A stretch of 63,622 bases of DNA, counting the filler, from Sanchytrium tribonematis (lineage: Eukaryota): assembly GCA_018985235.1 (NCBI GenBank). It is 7 parts of 7 records of this genome, joined end to end, with 100 filler letters (N's around TTAATTAATTAA, not from the genome) between each part and the next. Parts side by side here need not be neighbours in the genome. Positions count along the whole stretch, not along the records: positions 1 to 28,844 come from JADGIG010000056.1; 6 more parts are not named here. One strand, written 5' to 3'. Each line of letters opens with the position of its first letter. Position 1 is the stretch's first letter. The position numbers were made by a program, and so were the translations under genes. The notes beneath the pieces are model-generated. The model was not told where the DNA came from and searched no databases. It worked only from the letters and a program-made list of their open reading frames with translations. Of the stretch, positions 10,591 to 20,432 are shown in pieces.

Positions 10591-12958
10591 ATGTTCCAAG
10601 CTATCAGAATACAACCATTTCTGGTAGACGAAGAAGACATAGACATTTTAAATCCGGTGCAAGACTATTTAGCTCTGTCAAATGCACTTGTTAAGTGTAA
10701 AATAAATGCAGATGACAATGGGTCTATTTTAATTAGCGAATTGCAGTGCCACTGGCTAGAATTCTTGTGCGGCCTAACAGGTCCTTTGTCTGCCATACCA
10801 TTATACTATGATAGAGTACCACATCCTTTTTCTACTATTTTATTTTTTAAGTTCTCAACCAGCGAATTAAAAACTCACAATACTACGAATTCATTGGAAC
10901 TTGACAAGACCATGAATACAAATGAAAAGTTTTGGAGCAAATGTATGTCCTTATTGAATGTTCTGGAGACATACCCTCAATACGTACAGGACATCTGTCT
11001 AGATTGGATGGAACAGGCGATTTATGATGATACGATACCCTTTCTTCATTTAACTGAAATTGCAAAAGTTTATTCACAATTTGCTTTAGATACAAGATTA
11101 TCTCAACACTTCATTTCGGAAGAAAAGGCACTTGAAAACATAAAAATTAATGATACATGCGAAATAGAGAAATTGGTCCTTCCTTCTGAAAAACTTATCA
11201 GAGAGTGTTTGGAAAATGTTACTTTATACTCTAAAATTATTAGGCTCTGGTCTTCTCTTCCTAATTGTAAAGGAATTTTTGACTTCGACTTGACAGATTA
11301 CTTTCTGACTGAAATGGAAAATACTGACAAAGATGGAAACTCTTGGAAAAACATAGTTGTTTTAGCGGATTTTTGCAGATATCTGCATGCGAAAAACCAT
11401 ATATACATCTTGTTTCATTTGTTTGTACATGGAAGTGATAAAAATTCAAAAGAGGTTTCTGTGCCCTCTTCTAAATTGAAGGAATTTATATTGTCAGTTA
11501 TGATCGACACAATTGATCAAGACGATATTGATACTTTAGTCACCACGCTATTAAATCCAGAGTTGAACCCAATCAAATCTTTATCAAGCCATTTTCACAA
11601 TAAGCTTTTAGTTTCATCTCGCCTCTTATCAGCTTTCGAATACATATTACCATACTACATGCCTAGCCATGAAATAGTAGGCAATTTACTCGAGTTTTTA
11701 GTCAAAAAACAACTGCAATTATTGGAAAGCTACAAAATTATTAGAACTATTCTGATTCATTTTGCCGATTCTTACCACAACAAAAAAGATCAAGATTTTC
11801 AAATATTTAAATATACAGAATTACTCCTTGTAGTGTTTTGCTTTAAACATTCTACGAGAAACGAGCAATACTACGATTTGTTAAGGGTATATTTAAGTCT
11901 GATATTAACATCCGAAAACGATCCCGCAATTGATCAATTTTACATGAGCGTATGTAAGCTTTTCAATAACACCGAAAAAGAAAATTTACTCTTTTTAAAC
12001 CATCTTGACATTGATAGGTCTGTGTTCTTAGACATTTTATGTAAAATATTAAGCGATCATCCTTTACTTCAAATTCATTCTTTAGAGGCAACTTGGGAAA
12101 TATTGAAAGACTTTAATAGTGGTAACTCCTACTTCGAACTCTACATATCTTTCATAAAGTATCTTCAACACAGCAAACGACTATCAGATTTTCATGAATT
12201 TCTTCAGCCAATTTATCAATTAAATACGAATTGGAAAATAGAACGAATAATAGAAGCCTGTAATTTATTATCAGGTCTGATTATATCCTCACCATCCACA
12301 GTCCAGCACCATCTAACAATGCTAAAGTTCGACGAAAATCACGTAATTTCCCATTTGGTTATGCTGTTGAACCATCCAATATCTGATGTGTTCTGGAGTG
12401 TATGTCAAGTCCTATTTTACGTATTTGTAAATCGGCAATGGGTCGAGAAGCCTTTAATATTGAAATGCTTTTCAAAGGTTGAGGATTCGTACTGGAGCAA
12501 CATTTTATTGCTGTTGGCTACAGAAAACTATGAATTTAACGCTTCGAAACTTAGAAAAATCGATTTGAAAAAATATCACAACTTGTTTCTCTCTGTTATG
12601 AATGAACAACTACCAGATATTAAAGATCTCCATTTTGAAGTTTTATCTAATGTAAGCAAACAAGTGAATGCGCTTACGCCACTTCCAAGACTTAATGCTG
12701 AGTAAAAACCACTAATTTAGTTCAAATTTAGATGATATGCTGGGCTATAAAAATCAACTGATTTCTATTGCAAATGAAATTCCTAATCATGCCTCACATT
12801 CGCATCTGGACATTTCGGAAGCGGAACATGAATTTAAATTCGATGATGTATTTGAACCTATAATAATGAACCAAGATGAAATATTAGACAAAGATTTTTC
12901 GAGAAAAATTTCAATCCTTGATGTACCAGATCAAAATTACAATGACATTCTTGAATAA
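10591..12958 (+). CDS. Large helical/ARM-like protein of unknown function; exons 10591-12701, 12721-12958
   Basis: The 704-aa and 73-aa ORFs join in frame on removing the 19-nt intron 12702-12720. Confidence 0.7.
12702..12720 (+). other. 19-nt intron GTAAAAACCACTAATTTAG
   Basis: Contains an ACTAAT branch-like motif with A at -6; removes the TAA and fuses two ORFs in frame. Confidence 0.82.
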
Positions 12959-12976
12959 TAAAAGGAGTCTCTCCCT

Positions 12977-13045
12977 TGCGACAATGATGTTAACCTTTTG
13001 ATTCCATAAATACTGCTGGATTCATCTTTCGGGGCTGATGTCGCA
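12977..13045 (+). ncRNA. Box C/D snoRNA, snR39B/SNORD2-like
   Basis: Perfect 7-bp terminal stem TGCGACA/TGTCGCA, box C-like ATGATG, box D CTGA. The guide CATCTTTCGGG is complementary to conserved LSU rRNA CCCGAAAGAUG, and D+5 falls on the G. Confidence 0.8.
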
Positions 13046-13247
13046 CCTTTTTTAATTTTCAATTCTTGCCATAATTCTTTTACTAGCTAATATCTAACTA
13101 AATTTAATAAAATTTCCGCGGAACTGTTTTTTATGAAGTTATTTATGTTGCGTTTGACTTTATAAATCGAGTGTCTGAAATATATATAGAGTAACGCTGT
13201 GCAGATTTTCGCACCAATTATCATAATTTTCCAAACAGAAATTGTGT

Positions 13248-14030
13248 ATGAGCTTCCCTTCCCCAAAAGACATTGATTTCAATAATTTATCATTTGAAAG
13301 CTCTTCTTACTTTAATCACCATCAAGATTCACCGCTGAATAAAGAAAGACACTTTAATCAGCCCACTTCTGGAGAGAAAAATTCTGAAAATGTTTTTAGG
13401 AAATTATATTCAAATGATCAGGAAAATAGCGGGATTGTTCAGTTTGCAAATGCAAATGATAAAAAAGTACAATCTGGAATTAGATTTGTTAAATCCAAAC
13501 CATTAACTGTCCCTAGGTCACCTTTATTGCGAACTAAATATCGAACAAGATCGACGAAGCAAGAGGAAGAAAAACACGGATTTGTAGCCCAAGAAATGCC
13601 AAACTTTAATCTGAAAAAAAGGCGTGTGATTCAAAAGCCTAAATTAATACCCGAGTCGCCTTTACTTCACACAAAAGAAAGAGCCAAAAAGAGAGAAATT
13701 TACGATGTTGAATTAGAAAATAAGAAGAAAGAAGAAGAAGACCTTTCCAGAAAGATGCAAGAAGAGTATGATAAACAGCAAGTTAAAAAAGAGAGAGAGA
13801 AAAGGACTTTCAAGGCAACAAGTATTGCACATTACAAGCCCACCAAAATCGAAAAATCCAATGTTCCTTTGACTGAACCAAAAACACCAAATTTTGTGCA
13901 TAAGCACAAGGATGACTCAGACTTAGACATATCTTATGAGGAGCTTCAAACTACTGATCGACAAATTGTTCGCGATAAACTCGAAAATATTAGGAAAGGT
14001 ATTCAAAATTTAAAACAGATAAAAGAATAA
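13248..14030 (+). CDS. TPX2-like microtubule-associated protein
   Basis: Repeated LTVPRSPLLRT / PESPLLHTKERA / FKA / PLTEPKTPNF motifs. Confidence 0.78.
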   Translation: MSFPSPKDIDFNNLSFESSSYFNHHQDSPLNKERHFNQPTSGEKNSENVFRKLYSNDQENSGIVQFANANDKKVQSGIRFVKSKPLTVPRSPLLRTKYRTRSTKQEEEKHGFVAQEMPNFNLKKRRVIQKPKLIPESPLLHTKERAKKREIYDVELENKKKEEEDLSRKMQEEYDKQQVKKEREKRTFKATSIAHYKPTKIEKSNVPLTEPKTPNFVHKHKDDSDLDISYEELQTTDRQIVRDKLENIRKGIQNLKQIKE

Positions 14031-14040
14031 AACAAAAAAT

Positions 14041-15871
14041 TTATTTTTCGTCTTTTTTGGAAGGGAAAAAGTGACTCGATCCAAATTTTCCAGGCAAAAC
14101 TGCAGATTGTGGGCCAGATTGAATGAAATTCAAATTTGTAGTAATCTTAGGTTTTTTCTTTTCCTTCCGCTCGGCGTCTGCGATTTCAACGGGATCGCTT
14201 AAATTCGAGTCTAAGTTACCAGAGAGCTCTTCTCTTGTATTTGTTCTTTTCCAATCCATGTTAAGAGTCGATCCAGCCTGAGGATGTCTTTTAAGTCCGT
14301 CAAGCCTATCCTTTTTGTGTAATATATCTGATTTTGATTTTTTTAGCTCGTTTGTGGGCTTTAATGGTTCCAGAGGCGTAGACGCATTTCTCTAAATTAA
14401 TAATATCAACCTCATTTCGTTTGCTAGTTACTTGTTGCATGGACGGCTTAAAAGGTCCTTCCCATTTTCTTCCAGTAATGAAGGGATGCATCTTCGCTTG
14501 TTGCGGTGAAAAACGTTTCAATGGATTCAGTTGCAGTAAATTCATTATAAAATCAATAAGGACGTGCCTGTTGTAAAATTCTTCATCCATTTGCTCCTTT
14601 GTCATTTTTCGAAATACAGGATAATGCATGATAATGTCTTCCAATGTTGTTTGCTGAAAGTACTGTTTGGAAGGCTTTTCCCTACAATTTTTTTCGCGGC
14701 TAAATTGTTCCATACTTTTCAGCTGGTAAGTATATTTCTTGTCGCCATTGGAAACTTTGTTAAAATAGTCCTTAGTTTTCTTTCCTACGTCAAGCATGTA
14801 AGTAGGAAGATTTCCAAGCATTTTATGAATTCTACAAATTTGGTTGTATTCGGATGTTCCTGGAAATATTGGTAAACCTAGAAATAGTTCAGCCACAATA
14901 CAACCAAGACTCCACATATCAATGCTACTGCTGTAATCTAAACCTAATATCACCTCTGGGGCTCTATAAAATCTGGATTGTACATAGGTATACATAGTGG
15001 ATTGCTCGTAGCATGCGCTACCAAAATCAATGACCTTAATTTTTGTATCAGTCAATTCACACAACAATATGTTTTCTGGTTTTAAATCACAATGAACAAT
15101 TTTGGCTTGTCCTAAGATGACTAATGCGTCTAGCATTTGTGACGTGAAATCTCTTACCAATTGAATATTGAAACCTTTGAAACCATTTTGTTTAATTAAA
15201 TCATACAAATTTATACTCAGTATTTCAAAAACTAGACACAGATGTTTTCTAAATATAAAAGTATCATAAAGCTGTATCAACGGCAACTCAAAAGGGGGTT
15301 GACTTTGGATAGTCATCTCATTTTTTGGGCTGGTTTGAGCTGCTTCTTTTTGAAATATATCAGTTTGAAATTGCGGTGATTTTTCCAAGTTTCCAAGCTT
15401 CCGCTTCTCTACTTTAGAATTTTGCTGGTTGCGAGCAGCGTTTTGTTGATCTTGTCTATGTGCCAAAAGCTTGGATTGGAAATTATAAATTTGATTTAAC
15501 ACCTTGATTTCCATCATTGACTGATTGAAATAAGCGGTCTTATTTTTAATTATTTTAACTGCTACTTTTCTTTTACTAACTAGATGAATGCATTTGACGA
15601 CTTGCCCAAAAGTTCCACAGCCCAGCAATTCGACAATCTTATACTGTTTATCCAATTTGTCTCCAATGACATCATTAACGTACAGAATATAGTCGAATTC
15701 AGAGTTATCGTGTCCATCATTGCCATAAGGAATGCTATTATTTGTAAGCACTCTTCTTGGATTATTATTGGGATTAAACTTAAAGCCAGGGTCACATGAT
15801 GAATAGTATTCAGCCAGATTCAGCGTTCTTTTTCGCAAAGAATTAGCAGATCTTCGCTCAACTTGCTGCAT
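14041..15871 (-). CDS. YAK1: DYRK-family kinase Yak1; exons 15871-14411, 14391-14041
   Basis: NPRRVLT..DYILYVND, HCDLKPEN, YTYVQSRFYRAPE. The 19-nt intron joins the 14041-14259 ORF. Confidence 0.92.
14392..14410 (-). other. 19-nt intron GTTGATATTATTAATTTAG
   Basis: Phase-0 removal puts the kinase in frame with the downstream MDWKRTNT ORF. Confidence 0.82.
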
Positions 15872-15993
15872 TTCAAATTGACTTTTAGAAAGAAGTGTTT
15901 CAAAAATTTAGAACTCACAACAAAAATTGGTCAATATGGGAGTTGTTTTCCAGCACATTACTAATCTTTCAGAGATACTCCATATTTTGATGA

Positions 15994-16746
15994 ATGGCTA
16001 GATCATCAATCTCCTTGAAATCAAGAATGGAAATAATCAAACAGGCCATTGAAAATTCAACAAGTTTGGAAGATTTGGAGCAACAGGAAATTCAGATAAA
16101 TACGCTAATGTATCTCGGAACCTTAAGTAAGTATGATATTGAAAAATTGACCCAAATATACCAGGCTAAGGCTCTAAAGCTTCAGCCAAAAAATACGTTG
16201 AACTTTAGTCAACTGGAGAAGACAAATTCAAGTACTCTAGGAAAACAATACATAAATTCTGGAGCAAAAGAGAAGCGCGATATAAACTATCTACCGTATG
16301 TAGCAAGTTCTACCAATGATTTGCTAAAAATTAAATCGAAATCTTTAGTGATTGAAAATCTTAAAGATTCTAAGATTGATATACCTGTTCCTGTCATTTC
16401 GAACGAGGTATCAGAAAATTTGAATGCGGTTGCTTCAGTGGGAAGAGTGCAGCTGTTCAATCTTGATGGTTGTGAAATTCAACTTTCAAATCCTGTTAAA
16501 TCAGATATATTTATTCAAAATTGCACAAATTGTGTAATTAGCGGCATTTGTCATCAATTGAGAATTTCCAACTCTTTTAATTTGACAATCAATGTTCTTT
16601 GTGGTTCCAACCCAATTCAAGAACATAGTGAAAATATATCAATTCACAAGTATTTGGTTAATGAACCAAGTCAGGCATTATCTGTATTGCTGAAGCGATA
16701 CAAATTTGATGAAAAACTTTCATTAAATTTGATAAACTTTACTTAG
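15994..16746 (+). CDS. Tubulin-binding cofactor C-like protein
   Basis: C-terminal beta-helix IFIQNCTNCVISGICHQLRISNS..NPIQEHS. Confidence 0.78.
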   Translation: MARSSISLKSRMEIIKQAIENSTSLEDLEQQEIQINTLMYLGTLSKYDIEKLTQIYQAKALKLQPKNTLNFSQLEKTNSSTLGKQYINSGAKEKRDINYLPYVASSTNDLLKIKSKSLVIENLKDSKIDIPVPVISNEVSENLNAVASVGRVQLFNLDGCEIQLSNPVKSDIFIQNCTNCVISGICHQLRISNSFNLTINVLCGSNPIQEHSENISIHKYLVNEPSQALSVLLKRYKFDEKLSLNLINFT

Positions 16747-16758
16747 TAAGTAAATTGT

Positions 16759-18306
16759 TTATTTTTTATTCTTTTTGGCCAACATCTCCAGCTGCCATGG
16801 TGCAACCTTGACCTCTTCCTTAGCAACCTCTGGCAATTTATTTTGTTCAACAGCTTTAATTGGTTGAGTTTCAATTTTAGTTTGTTGTGGAATTTTGACT
16901 TCATCCTTTGAGATTTTAAGTTCTGGCTGTTTCTTGTCACTTTTTGATTCCATTGTACCACTTACTTGCGAATTGGAGCCTTTGGTAATTTGGGGTGATG
17001 ATTCAGATTCCTTTTTAACGTCTTTTTTTTCTTCCTTTTTATTAAATATAGAAGATTTGGAAAAGATGCTTCCAGGTTCTTTTTTAGTTTCTTCAGAAGA
17101 TTTCGACTCAGATTTTACGGAGCCAGAAAGCTTCACGCGCGATGCGTCTGGGGCTTGAGTAGCAGATTGCACTGAATTGCTGTTTTTAGAATTGCTATTT
17201 TTGTCTTCCACCTTTTGTAAATCAGATAAAATTTCATTTTCATTTTTTGAATTGGATCGGCTTCTAACTTTTTCAAGAACTTGCTGCGCTCCATTTGAAC
17301 CAGCTCTCAACCTTCCTATTCCTCCAGTTTGTGGTGCAGTGGTAATTTGAATGGACGGTACTTGAGTTTGATCTACTTTGGCTGCTTCTACAAATTTTAT
17401 ATCGGCATCTTTGGCGATTACGCTATTGCTTTTAGACAATCTTCTTTTGAGGTTTTTAAAAAAATGTTCATTTTCTTCATTTTCTGCTTGAGTGTCGACT
17501 TGTTTAGCTACAGGCTCAATCTTAACAGGTTGCGAGTGATTGATTGCGGGCTTTTCTGGAAAGTTTGCGGCAGCTGATAACTTTCTAGGTCTTGAAGCGG
17601 GGTTAAGTGGTTTCTCGGCTTTTAATTCCGTTGTATCAATCTCCTTAGATTTGACTTCTTTAGTCTCTGGAACTAATTCCTTAGATTTTAGACTGAGATC
17701 AGAAGACTTCTTTTCCGCTTCACTTAAAGTTTCCCTACTTTTGACTGCTCCATTCGGCAAAGGAAGCATGGGAGTTCCGCCAGGTATCACACCAAAAGAT
17801 AATCTGTTGTTCTTGACAACATCCTTATTACTGAGATGTTCTGCATTTTCACCAGAAACTGAAAAGTATTCATAAGAACCAATAGTTGCCCTTTGGTTTT
17901 TATAAGGCTTGGCAATTTTCTTTCGATTAGCAACGGCAGGCACAACTTCCATCTCTTTCTTGTTCAAACTTGAAATAGACTGATGATCACGTTCTTTAAG
18001 TACCTTGCTTTCGTCCAGGGTTTGATTTGATTTTAATATTAGTTTGTTTTCTTTCTTATCTTCTAATTTTATCTTTTCATTCATATTCGAAGAGGATAGA
18101 CCGACCAGACCCGTCTTATCGGTGAGCTTATTAAAGGAACCATTTAATTGAATTTCGCTCTTGCGTCTTGGTATTGTCTCCATTGGTAAATTTATAGGAG
18201 TACTGATGCTGTTCTCTGCCAAATTTTTGGCACTACTTAAGTTATTGTGCGATCCTTGACGCGGTCCAACCTTGAATATTTCTTTTTCAACTTTTAAATT
18301 GTTCAT
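16759..18306 (-). CDS. Low-complexity K/S/E-rich protein of unknown function
   Basis: Long ORF with disordered composition; C-terminal APWQLEM. Confidence 0.6.
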   Translation of the reverse strand: MNNLKVEKEIFKVGPRQGSHNNLSSAKNLAENSISTPINLPMETIPRRKSEIQLNGSFNKLTDKTGLVGLSSSNMNEKIKLEDKKENKLILKSNQTLDESKVLKERDHQSISSLNKKEMEVVPAVANRKKIAKPYKNQRATIGSYEYFSVSGENAEHLSNKDVVKNNRLSFGVIPGGTPMLPLPNGAVKSRETLSEAEKKSSDLSLKSKELVPETKEVKSKEIDTTELKAEKPLNPASRPRKLSAAANFPEKPAINHSQPVKIEPVAKQVDTQAENEENEHFFKNLKRRLSKSNSVIAKDADIKFVEAAKVDQTQVPSIQITTAPQTGGIGRLRAGSNGAQQVLEKVRSRSNSKNENEILSDLQKVEDKNSNSKNSNSVQSATQAPDASRVKLSGSVKSESKSSEETKKEPGSIFSKSSIFNKKEEKKDVKKESESSPQITKGSNSQVSGTMESKSDKKQPELKISKDEVKIPQQTKIETQPIKAVEQNKLPEVAKEEVKVAPWQLEMLAKKNKK

Positions 18307-18340
18307 ATTCTCGAACGCGATAACAGCCACTTTATTACAC

Positions 18341-18841
18341 TCAAAAAATATTTACTAATAGCATGAGAACCAGAAACTTGAAGGGAATCAGCGTTGTAGC
18401 ACTATTTTTCGGAAAAACTTTACAGGAATAATCTGTAAAATAATCGGTCATATTAACATTTGTACAATTATTACAAGTATTATCGCACTGCTGAATTTGT
18501 GATTTTCCATCGACGCAAGTCGCGGCCACCCCATTTCCATATTGTCCTGCGATGGTATTATACTGGCGACATCTTCCATCAGCTCTGTAAACAAATTCAT
18601 AAGGGCCACCTAATTTCTTGTCAGTTTTCGTGAGCGCTCTGACATGATCAAAATTTACGCTTTTCTGAACAGAATTGATGGTACATGATTGTGAATAAAA
18701 GGCTAGCAGGGTATTATTTGTACATCGAATATTGCTGAAATCAAGACAAGATTGAGATGAAACTACGTCTTCCCTTGTCAGTAACCATGGAGTAGAACAA
18801 TTTCCTTCAAAGAATATTTTATCAAGTACTAGACCACTCAT
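18341..18841 (-). CDS. Cys-rich surface protein with hydrophobic C-terminus (GPI-anchor-like)
   Basis: Many Cys and N-glycosylation sequons; C-terminal NSA followed by a hydrophobic tail. Confidence 0.55.
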   Translation of the reverse strand: MSGLVLDKIFFEGNCSTPWLLTREDVVSSQSCLDFSNIRCTNNTLLAFYSQSCTINSVQKSVNFDHVRALTKTDKKLGGPYEFVYRADGRCRQYNTIAGQYGNGVAATCVDGKSQIQQCDNTCNNCTNVNMTDYFTDYSCKVFPKNSATTLIPFKFLVLMLLVNIF

Positions 18842-18967
18842 ATAAATTTCAAAGTGGCTTGTTGAAACAAATTTTTCTTCCAGACGAACAGTGAAACGGC
18901 ACTTCTCAAAGTCAGTCGCACGTCTGTACTCTGTAAGAACTTTATTAATATTTAACGCTTACGGTAC

Positions 18968-19240
18968 CTATATTTTTGAAATTTCAGATTCCAACTTTAG
19001 CTTGTTTTCATTCAGACATTGATTCCACTCTTTCGTATATGTTGAATAGCTGTTGCATTTGGTGTAAAGGCAAGACATAAATAGTCCACGAGTTGTGGCA
19101 CATTCTTCAACAACGTATTTAAATAAAATAGAATTTTTGTTTTTTTTAGGTGCTGATTGATATTCGTCAGTGCTCTTGACTCTGGCTACCACATCACCTC
19201 GACATACTGAGTAAGATTTTAGCAAATTAATGCAAGACAT
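18968..19240 (-). CDS. Small Cys-containing hypothetical protein
   Basis: ORF fills the gap between neighbours; spaced Cys residues. Confidence 0.35.
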   Translation of the reverse strand: MSCINLLKSYSVCRGDVVARVKSTDEYQSAPKKNKNSILFKYVVEECATTRGLFMSCLYTKCNSYSTYTKEWNQCLNENKLKLESEISKI

Positions 19241-19261
19241 GGAGAAATTAATTTTCAAATG

Positions 19262-20137
19262 TCAATGTTCGTGATGTTTTATTGGGTTGTATAGAGGAAT
19301 GACGGTTGATTTTTTTGGATTGCAACAGTACCAAAACAGGCCAAACACTAAAATTATAATAAGAAAAATTGAAATGTATAGATTTTCATAGAAAGTGATT
19401 AAGATTACAGAGTCCCATTCATGCCAAGTACTTCCTTGCCGAAAACTTATATATTCTCTAGAATTCCAATGATCTGGAAGTCTCCTAATTTGTTCCTGTG
19501 CTGGGTATGTATGTAGCAAATACGTTAGGAGAAAAGGGCCAGTAGAACACATAACTTTGAGGTAGGGCAGAAACCAAAACCTATTGTAATACTCGAAATG
19601 AGCAAGAAAATGCATCAGGATAGGATGACCCGGTCTTGAAAGTAACATGAAATTGGAATAGCCATGTGGGTCTGTTTGTGGCACTCCAAATTCATATTGA
19701 CGCAACTCCTCGAATGACTTTTTAGCACATATATCAAGGTCTGCATAAATACCACCATATTTGTGGAGCGCAACCAGTCTTAAAAGATCTACCTTTTGCA
19801 CAACATTGCTATAGCTATTGTAGGTATCCCATAACCAAGTGTATTCATCTAAAATCAATTGGTCGCCCATTTTTTCATTCCAACGTTTAATTTTCCAGTC
19901 AGGATTTGATTCTTCCCAGAATTCCTTGCAACTTTTCCAACCTTCTGGAATTTTAGACTCCTCATCATAATAGGCAATTTGATGAATTATTTTAGGCAAT
20001 TGATATTGTTGAGGTTCATCAGTATAAACTTTTGAAAACACTAGCGTATATAGTATCCGAATTAGCTCAATAAGAGTTTGAAGAAGTGGATACAACATAA
20101 ATAACGCTAGTAATATATAAAAGTAAATGGATTTCAT
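19262..20137 (-). CDS. GT32 mannosyltransferase, SUR1/CSG1-like (MIPC synthase)
   Basis: LPKIIHQ, DLLRLVALHKYGGIYADLD (DxD), STGPFLLT, GSTWH; N- and C-terminal TM segments. Confidence 0.88.
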   Translation of the reverse strand: MKSIYFYILLALFMLYPLLQTLIELIRILYTLVFSKVYTDEPQQYQLPKIIHQIAYYDEESKIPEGWKSCKEFWEESNPDWKIKRWNEKMGDQLILDEYTWLWDTYNSYSNVVQKVDLLRLVALHKYGGIYADLDICAKKSFEELRQYEFGVPQTDPHGYSNFMLLSRPGHPILMHFLAHFEYYNRFWFLPYLKVMCSTGPFLLTYLLHTYPAQEQIRRLPDHWNSREYISFRQGSTWHEWDSVILITFYENLYISIFLIIILVFGLFWYCCNPKKSTVIPLYNPIKHHEH

Positions 20138-20432
20138 GTCAAAAAAGTTTCAAAAAATAAGAATTATGAAAACTTATCAGACGCTTAAAGCTCAGTTTCA
20201 GGCGTTTTCCTCGGCAGATCCGTTTTTACTTAATCTATAATACTTTTTTAAATCATTCGAATTTGTTACAAAATAAATTTGCAAAATTTGTACAAGTTAA
20301 ATAACCTGAAAAAGATTTTTATCCGCTTAATTTCTTTTGCATTACTTCACCTTTGGGTACCAATTAACACAAGCAGTCAATTGATCCCTGTTTTTGTAAA
20401 TGTACTTTACGAAAAAAATCTCCTTGAATCAC

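Noticed and set aside
18880..18930. CAGACG...CGTCTG hairpin with GAAA and CTGA pieces, as a hammerhead ribozyme
   Set aside because: The core motifs are on opposite strands and the three-stem topology is absent.
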